Shown: one piece after another, positions 1 through 9,458 of the stretch | Numbering within the stretch: position 1 is the stretch's first letter | Layout of the letters: each line of letters opens with the position of its first letter | Origin: Selaginella moellendorffii | Lineage: Eukaryota > Plantae > Lycopodiophyta | Direction of reading: 5' to 3' | Length of the DNA: 64,000 nucleotides | Assembly (NCBI RefSeq): GCF_000143415.4 | Contig: NW_003314314.1 | Span: 194,318 to 258,317 of the forward strand | The notes under the pieces: generated by a model | Database searches by the model: none | What the model was told of the DNA's origin: nothing | What the model saw: the letters and a program-made list of their open reading frames with translations, nothing else | Program-made: the position numbers and the translations under genes

Positions 1-59
1 GCTAGGGCACCCAGAAGCAGAAGGTGGAAAGAGTATCTATTAGGGCATGTTTTAGCACC

Positions 60-400
60 AACTATGGATCCATCCCTCATATATAAACTCACAAAGCCAC
101 AGTTTCAAACTCAACTGCAAGAGAAAATAGGGAGGACCCTTGATATTTCACCCTCACATCATTTTTATACAATCATTTGGAATATTTTAAGAATCAAAAT
201 ATCCTCTCCCTCTCTCTCAAGACACCCATATCTACAACCGGGGAGTAGGAGTAGGAGTAGTAGTGGGAGCAGGAGCAGTAGTAAGAGTAGGAATAAAAAT
301 AGGGGTAGAAGTAGGAGTAGGAGTGAGGCAAGAGTAGGGTTAGGAGCAAGAGTAAGAGTTGCTTCTTTAGCTGCAACATGTGATGCAAAGAGAAGGTGGC
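60..400. repeat. Diverged direct repeat of about 22990-23326, probably the LTR/terminal region of an older retroelement that hosts the later insertions
   Basis: Shared ATGGATCCATCCCTCA...AATAGGGAGGACC...AAGAATCAAAA...GAGTAGGAGT-rich tract. Confidence 0.6.
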
Positions 401-787
401 TGTCAAGAATCCCCCAATTCTTGCCACATTCCTGACTCTCGCCGGATTCCTGACCTGCAGACCACATTCCTGACTCTCGAGACACTTCCCTATTCCTGAC
501 TCTCGAGACACTTCCCGATTCCTGACTCTCGAGACACTTCCCGATTCCTGACTCTCGAGCCACATTCCTAATGATGATGTGGCGCCTCCTCGACCTCAGC
601 TGTATTTAGGCCGTCCTCGATCCAAGAGTGGTGGAGCTTCATCAACCTATAGTATATATAGGTTAGCCTTGTTCCATTTCTCCACAATCTGAATCAACAC
701 CAGTCTAAGGCTTCTTCTTTGTTTTCACTAGCTTTTTCTCTTTGTCTTTAGCATTTTCCAGTCTTGATCTTGTTGGGGGTCTTGACA
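401..787 (+). repeat. 5' LTR (387 bp) with internal 26-bp tandem repeats (ATTCCTGACTCTCGAGACACTTCCCG) and a TATA-like box at 653-660
   Basis: Direct repeat of 5615-6001, 6 mismatches counted by eye. Confidence 0.96.
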
Positions 788-789
788 GT

Positions 790-804
790 TTGATTCAGAT
801 TGTG
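790..804 (+). promoter_or_regulatory. Self-priming primer-binding site
   Basis: TTGATTCAGATTGTG just after the 5' LTR is the exact reverse complement of LTR 683-697 (CACAATCTGAATCAA); no TGG tRNA-type PBS. Confidence 0.85.
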
Positions 805-885
805 TTTTTTGCTTTTCTTTTAGCTCGTTTTGATTATTTGATTGCCTTTGTCTTTTTCCCCCTTTTCTTTTCTTTCTTCTTGCCA

Positions 886-1857
886 ATGGAGTCTCCAAGC
901 CATCCTGATTTCTTTGCCGAAGTCCTTGCAAAAATCCAGTCTGAGAATACCGAGCTGAAAGTGACCCTTCTTCGCATGCAGCAGGAGCTTGCTTCACTTT
1001 CGGCTCAAGGATCCAGCAAAGTTCCTGAACCGAAGGTGAGTTTCCCGGCGAAATTTTCAGGCAAGCGTTTGGAGCTTCGTGGATTTTTGAACCAAATGGA
1101 GCTGATCTTTGCACTTCAACATCAGCGGTACCCCACTCCCGAGTCTCAAATCGGCGCGATTGGGACGTTGCTCGAGGGTGCAGCTTTGTCATGGTTTTCT
1201 CCTCTTCTGGAGAAGAGCATGAAAGGGGTCGTGGTTCCGGAGCTGATGGATCTTCAATTGTTCAAAGAGAAGCTCGAAGTATGTTTTGGCGAGACGGATC
1301 GGGTTCGGGCTGCTACCACAAAGATGAGACGTCTCTCTCAGGGGTCTCGTCCTGCCTCAATCTACGCTGCAGAGTTCCAACTCCTTGCCTTGGACACTCA
1401 GTGGGATGAGCGGGCCCTGATTGACCAATTTCGTTTCGGCCTCAACAACGGTGTCAAGGATTTGTTGCTCACCATGGAGGATCCCAAGGACCTGTCGGAC
1501 GCCATCAACAAAGCTGTTCGATGTGACAATCGTCTCTTTGAACGTCGTCAGGAAAGTCGCCGCGCCACTGTTTTTCCGTCCCAGACTCAGGAATCCCAGC
1601 TTGAGTCTTTGGGGCATAGTCCTGAACCTACTGCTCCGGTCTCGATGGATATTTCTGGTACTCCCCGACTCATTAGAGGGAAGTTGAGTCCTGCTGAGAG
1701 GCAACGTCGAATATCTCATAATCTTTGCCTCTACTGTGCTGATCCTAATCACAAAGCAGCTGTGTGTCCCAGGAAGCCTCCCCGATTGCTCGAGTTCACT
1801 CTGCCTCAAAGTCCACTTCTGTTGCAGTCGGGAAACGACCCTGTCCAAACAGAGTAG
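886..1857 (+). CDS. gag: Gag (retrotransposon capsid domain and CCHC knuckle)
   Basis: PAKFSG...ALSWF...[13 protein letters not shown] capsid motifs; [14 protein letters not shown] knuckle; first ATG after the LTR/PBS is at 886. Confidence 0.92.
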   Translation: MESPSHPDFFAEVLAKIQSENTELKVTLLRMQQELASLSAQGSSKVPEPKVSFPAKFSGKRLELRGFLNQMELIFALQHQRYPTPESQIGAIGTLLEGAALSWFSPLLEKSMKGVVVPELMDLQLFKEKLEVCFGETDRVRAATTKMRRLSQGSRPASIYAAEFQLLALDTQWDERALIDQFRFGLNNGVKDLLLTMEDPKDLSDAINKAVRCDNRLFERRQESRRATVFPSQTQESQLESLGHSPEPTAPVSMDISGTPRLIRGKLSPAERQRRISHNLCLYCADPNHKAAVCPRKPPRLLEFTLPQSPLLLQSGNDPVQTE

Positions 1858-4800
1858 GAGCTGTCTGTTTGGATTCCCCAAATAAAAATCACTTTTCTTC
1901 CTTATCAAGCTCCTCACCACCTTTCATCAAAGCCACCACCAATTCCCGCAACTTTCGCGTCCCATGTCTCCTTTCTTTCACCGGACAATCAGGACTCAAG
2001 GCTTTGGCGCTACTGGACTCGGGTGCAACTTCCTGCTTCATGGACACGGACTTTGCTGCCCGATATCACGTTCCTCTTTCTCCTACCATACGGGATCTGA
2101 GGGTTGAAGGCATCGGCGGGCATTTTGTGTCTCCATCTTCTGGACTTAGGGAAACGTTACCCGTTCAAGTACACATCGGGTCCACCGTCACTGATATCGC
2201 CTTCAACATCATCAATAGCAAGTCCTCCTCTGTGGTGCTCGGTCTTCCTTGGTTCCAACTACATCAGCCTCAGATTTGTTGGAAGGACTTACAGCTCATC
2301 TCTCCCACATCACCATCTCCCACGGCTTCCCCTGGTGTTCATCGAGTCCGAATCAGGAAAAGTTCCCTAAACTCAAGTCGGGGTTCTGTTCCTGACTCTA
2401 CGAAGTTTTCATCCTCTTCTTTTTCCTCTTTTTCCTCTTACACTGGACAGTATCCTCGTCTCATCATTCCATTTAGTCGTACCCCTTCTCCTATCTCCAC
2501 AATCACTATGAAAGAACTCCTTCATGAAGAACCTCTTTTCCTTTTTGCTTTGCATGTTTCTCCTGTCAGTCTTCCTGAGAAGTATCATGATTTTGGGGAT
2601 GTGTTTGACAAGAAAAAAGCTAGTGTACTGCCTGTTCATCGGCCTTATGATTGTCCCATTGATTTACAGGAAGGAGCGTCACCTCCATGGGGGCCTATCT
2701 ACGGGTTATCCCCGTCCGAGCTTAAGGCCCTCAAAGAGTACGTGGATGAGAACCTTGCCTCGGGCTACATTCAGCATTCGCAGTCCCCGGCTGGAGCGCT
2801 TGTCTTCTTTGTCAAGAAGAAGGATGGGAGCTTGCGGCTAGTCATCAACTACCGAGGTTTGAACAAGGTGACTGTTCGGAACCGTTATCCGCTGCCCCTG
2901 ATCTCGGACCTGTTGGAACGCCTCGGCGGTGCCCGCTTCTTCACCAAGATCGACCTCTGTGGAGCATACAACCTGATCCGGATCCGGCCTGGTGATGAAT
3001 GGAAGACTGCGTTCTGAACCCGCTATGGCCACTTCGAGTACACTGTCATGCCATTTGGCTTGACAAATGCTTCAGCGGTTTTCCAACACATGGCGAACGA
3101 CGTTTTTCGGGAGTTTCTTGATCAGATGGTGATCGTCTACCTCGATGACATCCTCATCTACTCAAAAACTCAGGAGGAGCATGACGAACATGTTCGCAAG
3201 GTGCTAGCGAAGTTGCGAGAACACGACCTATACGCGAAGCTTGAGAAATGTTCCTTTGATCAACAGCCTGTGGAGTTCCTTGGGTACATTGTCACTCCTG
3301 AGGGTATCACGATGGATCCTGCTAAAGTCAAGACTATTCTCGAATGGGAGCCTCCACAATCAATGTCGGACGTTCAGGTTTTCCTTGGCTTCGCCAACTT
3401 CTACCGCAAATTCATTGATCACTACTCTGACATTGTCCTTCCTCTCACACATCTCACTCGCAAGGATGCTCCCTTCTCTTGGTCTGCTGCTGCCCAGCAG
3501 GCCTACGACACACTCAAGGCGGCCTTCAGTTCTGCTTCTGTCTTGATCCATGCTGATTCCTCACAACCTTTCTTCATCGAGGCTGACGCCTCCGACTTTG
3601 CCATTGGTGCTATGCTGTCTCAACTCGGAGCGGATCACAAACTTCATCTGGTCGCTTTCCATTCTCGGAAATTCCAGCTTGCGGAGATCAATTACGAAAT
3701 CCACGACAAGGAGCTCCTTGCCATCGTGGATTCCTTTGGAGAGTGGCACCGTTTCTTGGAGGGGGCGAGCCATCAAACAACAGTCTGGACGGATCACAAA
3801 AATCTCGAGTACTTTGCCACTTCCCGAGTTTTAAGCCGTCGTCAAGCAAGGTGGGCACAATTTCTGAGTCGGTTTGACTTTGTTATCAAGTACAGACCTG
3901 GAAAGTTTCAAGGCCTTCCTGATGCTCTTTCAAGGCGCTCCTATCTCAGTCTCAGGCCTGGTAATCCTGCCTTCGATCAACAGGATCAAGTTATCCTCGG
4001 TCCTGATCGGCTTCAAGTTATGGCAATTTCCCTGGCCCCTTAGGACTCCTCCTTGATGGATGCAATCAGAAACGATCTTCAATCCGATGATCTCGCTATC
4101 GACATTTTCCCCCATCTTCAGGCTGGACACCCAGTGACTCCCAACTACCGGCGATTTGACGAGTTCGAGTTCTTAGATGGCTTATTGTACCGTGGGGAGC
4201 AGCTTTACGTTCCTGAAGGTGATGCTTGAAGGTTGGTCCTGATGGCGTGCCACGATAGCCCGACTGCTGGTCACTTCGGCATTGCGAAAACCTATGAGCT
4301 AGTTGCACAGGACTTTTGGTGGCCTCACATGGACGACTACATCAAAGCTTTTGTTACCTCCTGTGACACTTGTGCCCGGAATAAGGTACCTCGCCACCTT
4401 CCTTCAGATTTGCTTCGTTCCCTTCCGGTCCCTTCAAGTCCTTGGGAATCCATCTCCATGGATTTCTTGAGTGATCTTCCGAGTTCTGGAGGCTTCAACA
4501 GCATTTTAGTCGTGGTGGATCGCTTCACAAAGATGGTGCACTTCTTGCCATGTACCAAGGAGTTTTCGGACGAGGACATGGCAAAACTGGTATTCAGGGA
4601 AATTTTCCGACTTCATGGGATTCCTACAGATGTGGTTTCGGATCGGGGGCCTCAGTTCATCTCTCATTTCTGGCAACGGTTTTTGCAGCTGCTTGGAGTG
4701 AAGGCCAACCTCTCTTCGGCATATCATCCTCAAACTGATGGGCAGTCCGAGCGAACGATTCAGACGTTGGAACAATTCTTGAGGTGCTTCATCAACTATC

Positions 4801-5603
4801 ATCAGGATAACTGGTTCGATATCCTTCCCCTTGCTGAGTTTTCCTATAACAACTCTGTTCACTCCTCTCTTCGAGTTTCCCCCTTCTTTGCGAACTCTGG
4901 CCGAAATCCCCGATTCAATCTCTCACTTCCTTCTCCATCTGAATCCTCTCGTTCAAATCCCCGCTCTGAGGCATTTATCTCCAACCTCCAGGAAATCCAC
5001 AACTCCATCTCCTTCCACCTCCATCGTGCTCAGGAATCTCATAAAACATTTGCCAATGTCCATCGTCAGGATTGTCCCCCTTACAATATCGGGGATAAAG
5101 TCTGGCTCCTCAGGCGAAATATCTCCACCACCAGGCCCTGTCCAAAACTTGATTTCAAACGCCTTGGTCCTTTCCCTATCACTGCCATCATTAATCCTGT
5201 CACTTATCGCCTTGCACTTCCCTCCTCATATCAAATTCACCCCGTTTTTCACTCCTCTCTCCTTGAGCCTTATATTCCCAGTCCTATTCCAAATCGGGTC
5301 ATTCCTCCACCTCTACCAGTGCAGCTCGAGGATGGGTCTGAGTACGAGGTTCAGGACATCCTTGATTCCAAGATTTCACGGTCTAAACTCTACTATCTGG
5401 TGGACTGGAAGGGTTACGGACCTGAGGAACGCACTTGGGAACCTGCGGACAACCTGATTCATTCTCCTGACCTTGTTCAGGACTTCCACCGCCGCTATCC
5501 TTCTCGTCCCAGTCCTCATTTTTTTTCTCCCTCTCCCATCCCTCGCCGCTCATCTCATCCTCCACTTCATTCTCGTTCACATCCTCGTTCCACTCGTTCT
5601 TGA
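1764..5603 (+). pseudogene. pol: Pol (protease, RT, RNase H, integrase, chromodomain) with three in-frame stops
   Basis: LLDSGA, YLDD, EADASDFAIGA, HHCC and DDE integrase, GPF, and chromodomain EYEVQDILD...YLVDWKGY...TWEP all in one frame; stops at 3015, 4041 and 4227. Confidence 0.95.
1830..1914 (+). promoter_or_regulatory. -1 ribosomal frameshift signal (G GGA AAC followed by a pseudoknot)
   Basis: Heptamer 1830-1836 in gag frame; stem 1844-1853/1864-1873; loop AGGAGCT (1856-1862) complementary to AGCTCCT (1908-1914); pol is in the -1 frame. Confidence 0.82.
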
Positions 5604-5614
5604 GGAGGGGGTGC

Positions 5615-6001
5615 TGTCAGGAATCCCCCAATTCTTGCCACATTCCTGACTCTCGCCGGATTCCTGACCTGCAGACCACATTCCTGACTCTCGAGACACT
5701 TCCCTATTCCTGACTCTCGAGACACTTCCCGATTCCTGAGTCTCGAGACACTTCCCGATTCCTGAGTCTCGAGCCACATTCCTGATGATGATGTGGCGCC
5801 TCCTCAACCTCAGCTGTATTTAGGCCGTCCTCGATCCAAGAGTGGTGGAGCTTCATCAACCTATAGTATATATAGGTTAGCCTTGTTCCATTTCTCCACA
5901 ATCTGAATCAACACCAGTCTAAGGCCTCTTCTTTGTTTTCACTAGCTTTTTCTCTTTGTCTTTAGCATTTTCCAGTCTTGATCTTGTTGGGGGTCTTGAC
6001 A
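5615..6001 (+). repeat. 3' LTR (387 bp)
   Basis: Direct repeat of 401-787, followed by TSD GTGGC. Confidence 0.96.
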
Positions 6002-7324
6002 GTGGCAATGAGGTAGTGCTGCAACAAGCAACTATTGGTGGGTGCACAAGACTTTGGTGCACAAAAACCCATGGTTAAGATGCTCCCATGTGCTAGAATG
6101 TAGTGTCTAGAGTGGGTAATTGCTGAAACAAAGAGAAATGGGAAAGAAAACAAGAGATGGAAATAAAAAATAAAATAAAGATGAAAATAGAAGATGGGAA
6201 AGGAATTTAAAGTGCAAAACTTGTGGGAAACTATGGGGTTGAATTAGATACTCAAGAAAGTAGGAAAAGAGGGAAAAATGAGAAGAAAAGAGCAAAAAAA
6301 CTAAATGGAAAGAAGTTCAAACACTCTGGAAAGTAAATATGCAAATGCAACCTTAAGCTCATGTAGTTTATGCTCAAAACTTTGTCTGAGAATGAAGAAG
6401 AAAGCATAAGGACTGTATTGTCTAATGGTGGTAACTATGAAATAGAAGATGAACTATAATGGAAGAAAGTGATGATAGGGGATTTTGGTAAATGGATGAT
6501 ATGATTGAGTGTGTCCAAGGATGGGCTCTAATCTGATGTAGTGAAATGTGAAGTCATAGCTACTGCTCACACCAAAAACTGCTGGACTACTGCTTAAAAG
6601 GTGGCAAACTACTTCACTTATGATTTGAGCTAGAAGAAAAGGGTGTTGCCTTTGTTAGCCACACCTTTGAAAGCAGTTGGATGCCCTTTGCAATCAGGCT
6701 TTTCTACTAGAAGAAGAAATTAGTTCTAAAGAGAAGAAAGTTGCAATATATGACTAGTTCAACAAATATTTCACATATTGTGCATGAGAATATCTTGATT
6801 TGTGTTTTTGCTTGTCTGGAAGAGCCTTTATGATGAAGTGTTGTCCACAAATATCTAGTATGAATGGATGATGAATGGTGGAAAATGTGAAAGATATTAT
6901 TAGGTATGTGTAGTGTGTGGTAGAGAATTCTAGAGAATAGATGATATAGAATGGTGATGAAAATGTGAGGATGGAACTGATGTAGGGAAAGAAGCTAAAG
7001 AAATGAAGCACAAATCAACAAAAGTCAAGAAATTTTCATACAATCAATAATGCAGCTAGAGCATGTTCATCAAAAAAGACTTTCTCCGCATAATTCCTTG
7101 GCCTGAAAAAAGATGTAAAAAGAGTGAGAGCAAAAAGAAAAACAAAAAAAGAAAAAAAAGTTAAAAAATGAGTGAGTAGTGCAAGCAACTTTTGTGATGG
7201 GTGATGATGATGGAAGCACCAAGAGGATGCAAGGCATCCTATAGAAGGCCTAGAATGCCGCTGAAACTGGCTTAGTGACCATCAAGTGCTAGATTGCATC
7301 GAAAATGCCTAAAGTGGTGAATAA

Positions 7325-7369
7325 GGGGATGGTCCAAAGTTGAGTTGAGTTCATGAGTTGAGCTCAATT
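7325..7369 (+). repeat. Left terminal inverted repeat
   Basis: GGGGATGGTCCAAAGTTGAGTTGAGTTCATGAGTTGAGCTCAATT, inverted relative to 19003-19063. Confidence 0.8.
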
Positions 7370-8388
7370 CAACACAAGTCAACTCAAGTCAACATAGTCA
7401 ATAAGAAATATTACAAAGGAGATCTAAATTGAACAAATGAAGGTTCTAGCAAACTTTAAAATATTAAAATACGTAAATATCTAAGTTAAAAGTTTCTATA
7501 AGATTGAATTGTTTAAAAAAGACAAAGTTCATGAGAACCTATCTTTTATAAAACTATATTATTTTATTATGACAGCTGTCATATTTGATTTGACTACTTA
7601 ATATTTTGAATACTTTTACAGCTGTAGATACTATTCCTTCATTCAAAAGAGTTTTTAGGGTTCTTGAGAAGATGGGAAGCAAGGAAAATACAAGATCTGT
7701 GAGTAAGAGTTGTAGTGCAAAGGAATGTGAGAATGTTAATTTTGTTTCACTACCACAATCTCCATATTACACTCCTGGTCCTTATTACCCATCTGGGAGA
7801 CCACTATCACGATTGATAAAAATGCTCCTGTTACTTCTGAAACAATAGTCCAGAGCAAGAGAAATGAAGAAATGAACAGCACAGCGGAAAGCACCAAGAA
7901 ATCTACTCCATAAAACTTTCTATGACATTTGTAATTTACATATTAATTCATATTAAAAACTCTATTGCTTGCCTATATCGCAATCCTCTCATATGATAAG
8001 ACCAAGGTATATTTTGTAGTGAATCCTCATTAAAAGTTTTTGGGAATTGTTTGTAAATAATGATAAAAGAAATCAAAATCTTTCGAAAGACTCAAAAGTA
8101 ATATCACATCAAAGAATCAACTTTATCTACATTTCCAAGACTAAAAGGCAATCTCACATGAGAGAATGGTAGCGTGCTAACGTGCTCTACCACTATAATG
8201 TGGTCTATATTTCCTTGCAATTTATTTCCGTAGACATTTGGCATATGTAGAAAAGAATATATGTGTAGCAAAGTAGGATTCATCATAATGATAGAGCATG
8301 TGTATACACGATAATCTAAAATTCTAGAAGCTCTTATGTTTACAAGAAAGCTATGATTATGAAGCCCCATTTCCAAGACTGACATTTA

Positions 8389-8530
8389 AAGAATCTGAGT
8401 ATTGTCAGTGTCATAATAAATAAACCTCATTCCCAAGAATCTGAGTAATGTCAGTGTCATAATAAATAAACCTCGTTCCCAAGAATCTGAGTATTGTCAG
8501 TGTCATAATAAATAAACCGCATTCCCAAGA
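8389..8530 (+). repeat. 3 x 46-bp tandem repeat upstream of the left zinc-finger gene
   Basis: Unit AAGAATCTGAGTATTGTCAGTGTCATAATAAATAAACCTCATTCCC, followed by TATATAAA at about 8542. Confidence 0.92.
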
Positions 8531-8618
8531 CTAAAACTTAGTATATAAACTATCTAGAAAAGTTATAGTCATTGTAGGTTTTTTGTTCTCCTTGAGCTCC
8601 TTAGAAGTTTATATTGAA

Positions 8619-9164
8619 ATGGCTCAAAAAAGACCCATTGCTAATCGTACTTGGCCCCCCAGCATTTCATATCAATCTCCACCTCCATCCCCAAGTTCTA
8701 CCAACATTCCACCTTCACCTCTACATAACAATCCTTTTTCTGCTGAGGGCTCTAGTGAAGCTGAATTAGAGCTCCCTATATGTGAAATTCCGGATCTTGC
8801 TACTAGAGAGGGATTGCCTTTAGCGCTTCAAGAGCAATGCCATATGTTTTTGCAAGATCTTGCTCCTGATATGGCAGGACTACTTGAAAGCACAGAACGC
8901 TATTACATTCGGTGTCCAATATGCTACTTTTTCTTGGACAAGACAAATGGCTCTATGGGTTTACAAACTTTTCTTGAGCACTGTAAGAATTGCCCAACGG
9001 CAGGTCTGGAAAATGTGCACATGTGGATGTACAATAGATTCAAGAATGAGTTACAGACACATACCCACTATCGCTTCATGGTGAGGAACAACATCCCCTT
9101 GGGAAACACTACATTGGCTAGTGCAAAATATAGGGTTTTTAGGCCACCCTATAGTGGAATATAA
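8619..9164 (+). CDS. Small transposon-borne zinc-finger protein (181 aa, zf-XS-like), paralog of 18069-18521
   Basis: Intact ORF with upstream TATA; Pro/Ser-rich N-terminus; CPIC...H...H spacing; ELQTHTHY resembles EMETHEYY of the paralog. Confidence 0.65.
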   Translation: MAQKRPIANRTWPPSISYQSPPPSPSSTNIPPSPLHNNPFSAEGSSEAELELPICEIPDLATREGLPLALQEQCHMFLQDLAPDMAGLLESTERYYIRCPICYFFLDKTNGSMGLQTFLEHCKNCPTAGLENVHMWMYNRFKNELQTHTHYRFMVRNNIPLGNTTLASAKYRVFRPPYSGI

Positions 9165-9375
9165 GATCTAGAATTACTTTATTATACTATAGTATTGTCA
9201 CTATTAAAAGAAAAAATATAATAAAATGATATTAGTTGTAGGTAACATACCTTGTTCTAGAAGGTGCTATCATATCACATACAATTGTTTATAAAATGTT
9301 GAAGGAGGAGATGGCAACACACAAACGCTACAAAGTGATGGTGACAGGTGAGAATGATAATCTATAATTATGGTA

Positions 9376-9458
9376 TCTGACACTGACACTGACATCTGAC
9401 AATTTTACTGACATCTGACAATTTTACTGACATCTGACACTTTCACTGACATCTAACA
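9376..9458 (+). repeat. CTGACA-motif tandem array
   Basis: CTGACACTGACACTGACATCTGACAATTTTA repeated. Confidence 0.85.

Larger units (their letters stand above)
401..6001 (+). mobile_element. Full-length Ty3/Gypsy chromovirus LTR retrotransposon (Tcn1/Tf1-sushi-like)
   Basis: TG...CA LTRs at 401-787 and 5615-6001; 5-bp TSD GTGGC at 396-400 and 6002-6006; PPT GAGGAGGGGG at 5602-5611; gag-PR-RT-RH-INT-chromodomain order. Confidence 0.97.

Noticed and set aside
742-885. Hydrophobic N-terminal extension of the Gag ORF
   Set aside because: Starts at a non-ATG codon inside the LTR and reads through the PBS and pyrimidine-rich leader; ATG 886 is the plausible start
7606-8385. Short ORFs near the left end of the MULE as a possible fourth cargo gene
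   Set aside because: No recognisable motif and no convincing exon chain
8389-8530. Regular repeats resembling a CRISPR array
   Set aside because: Head-to-tail 46-bp units with no unique spacers, no cas genes, eukaryotic context
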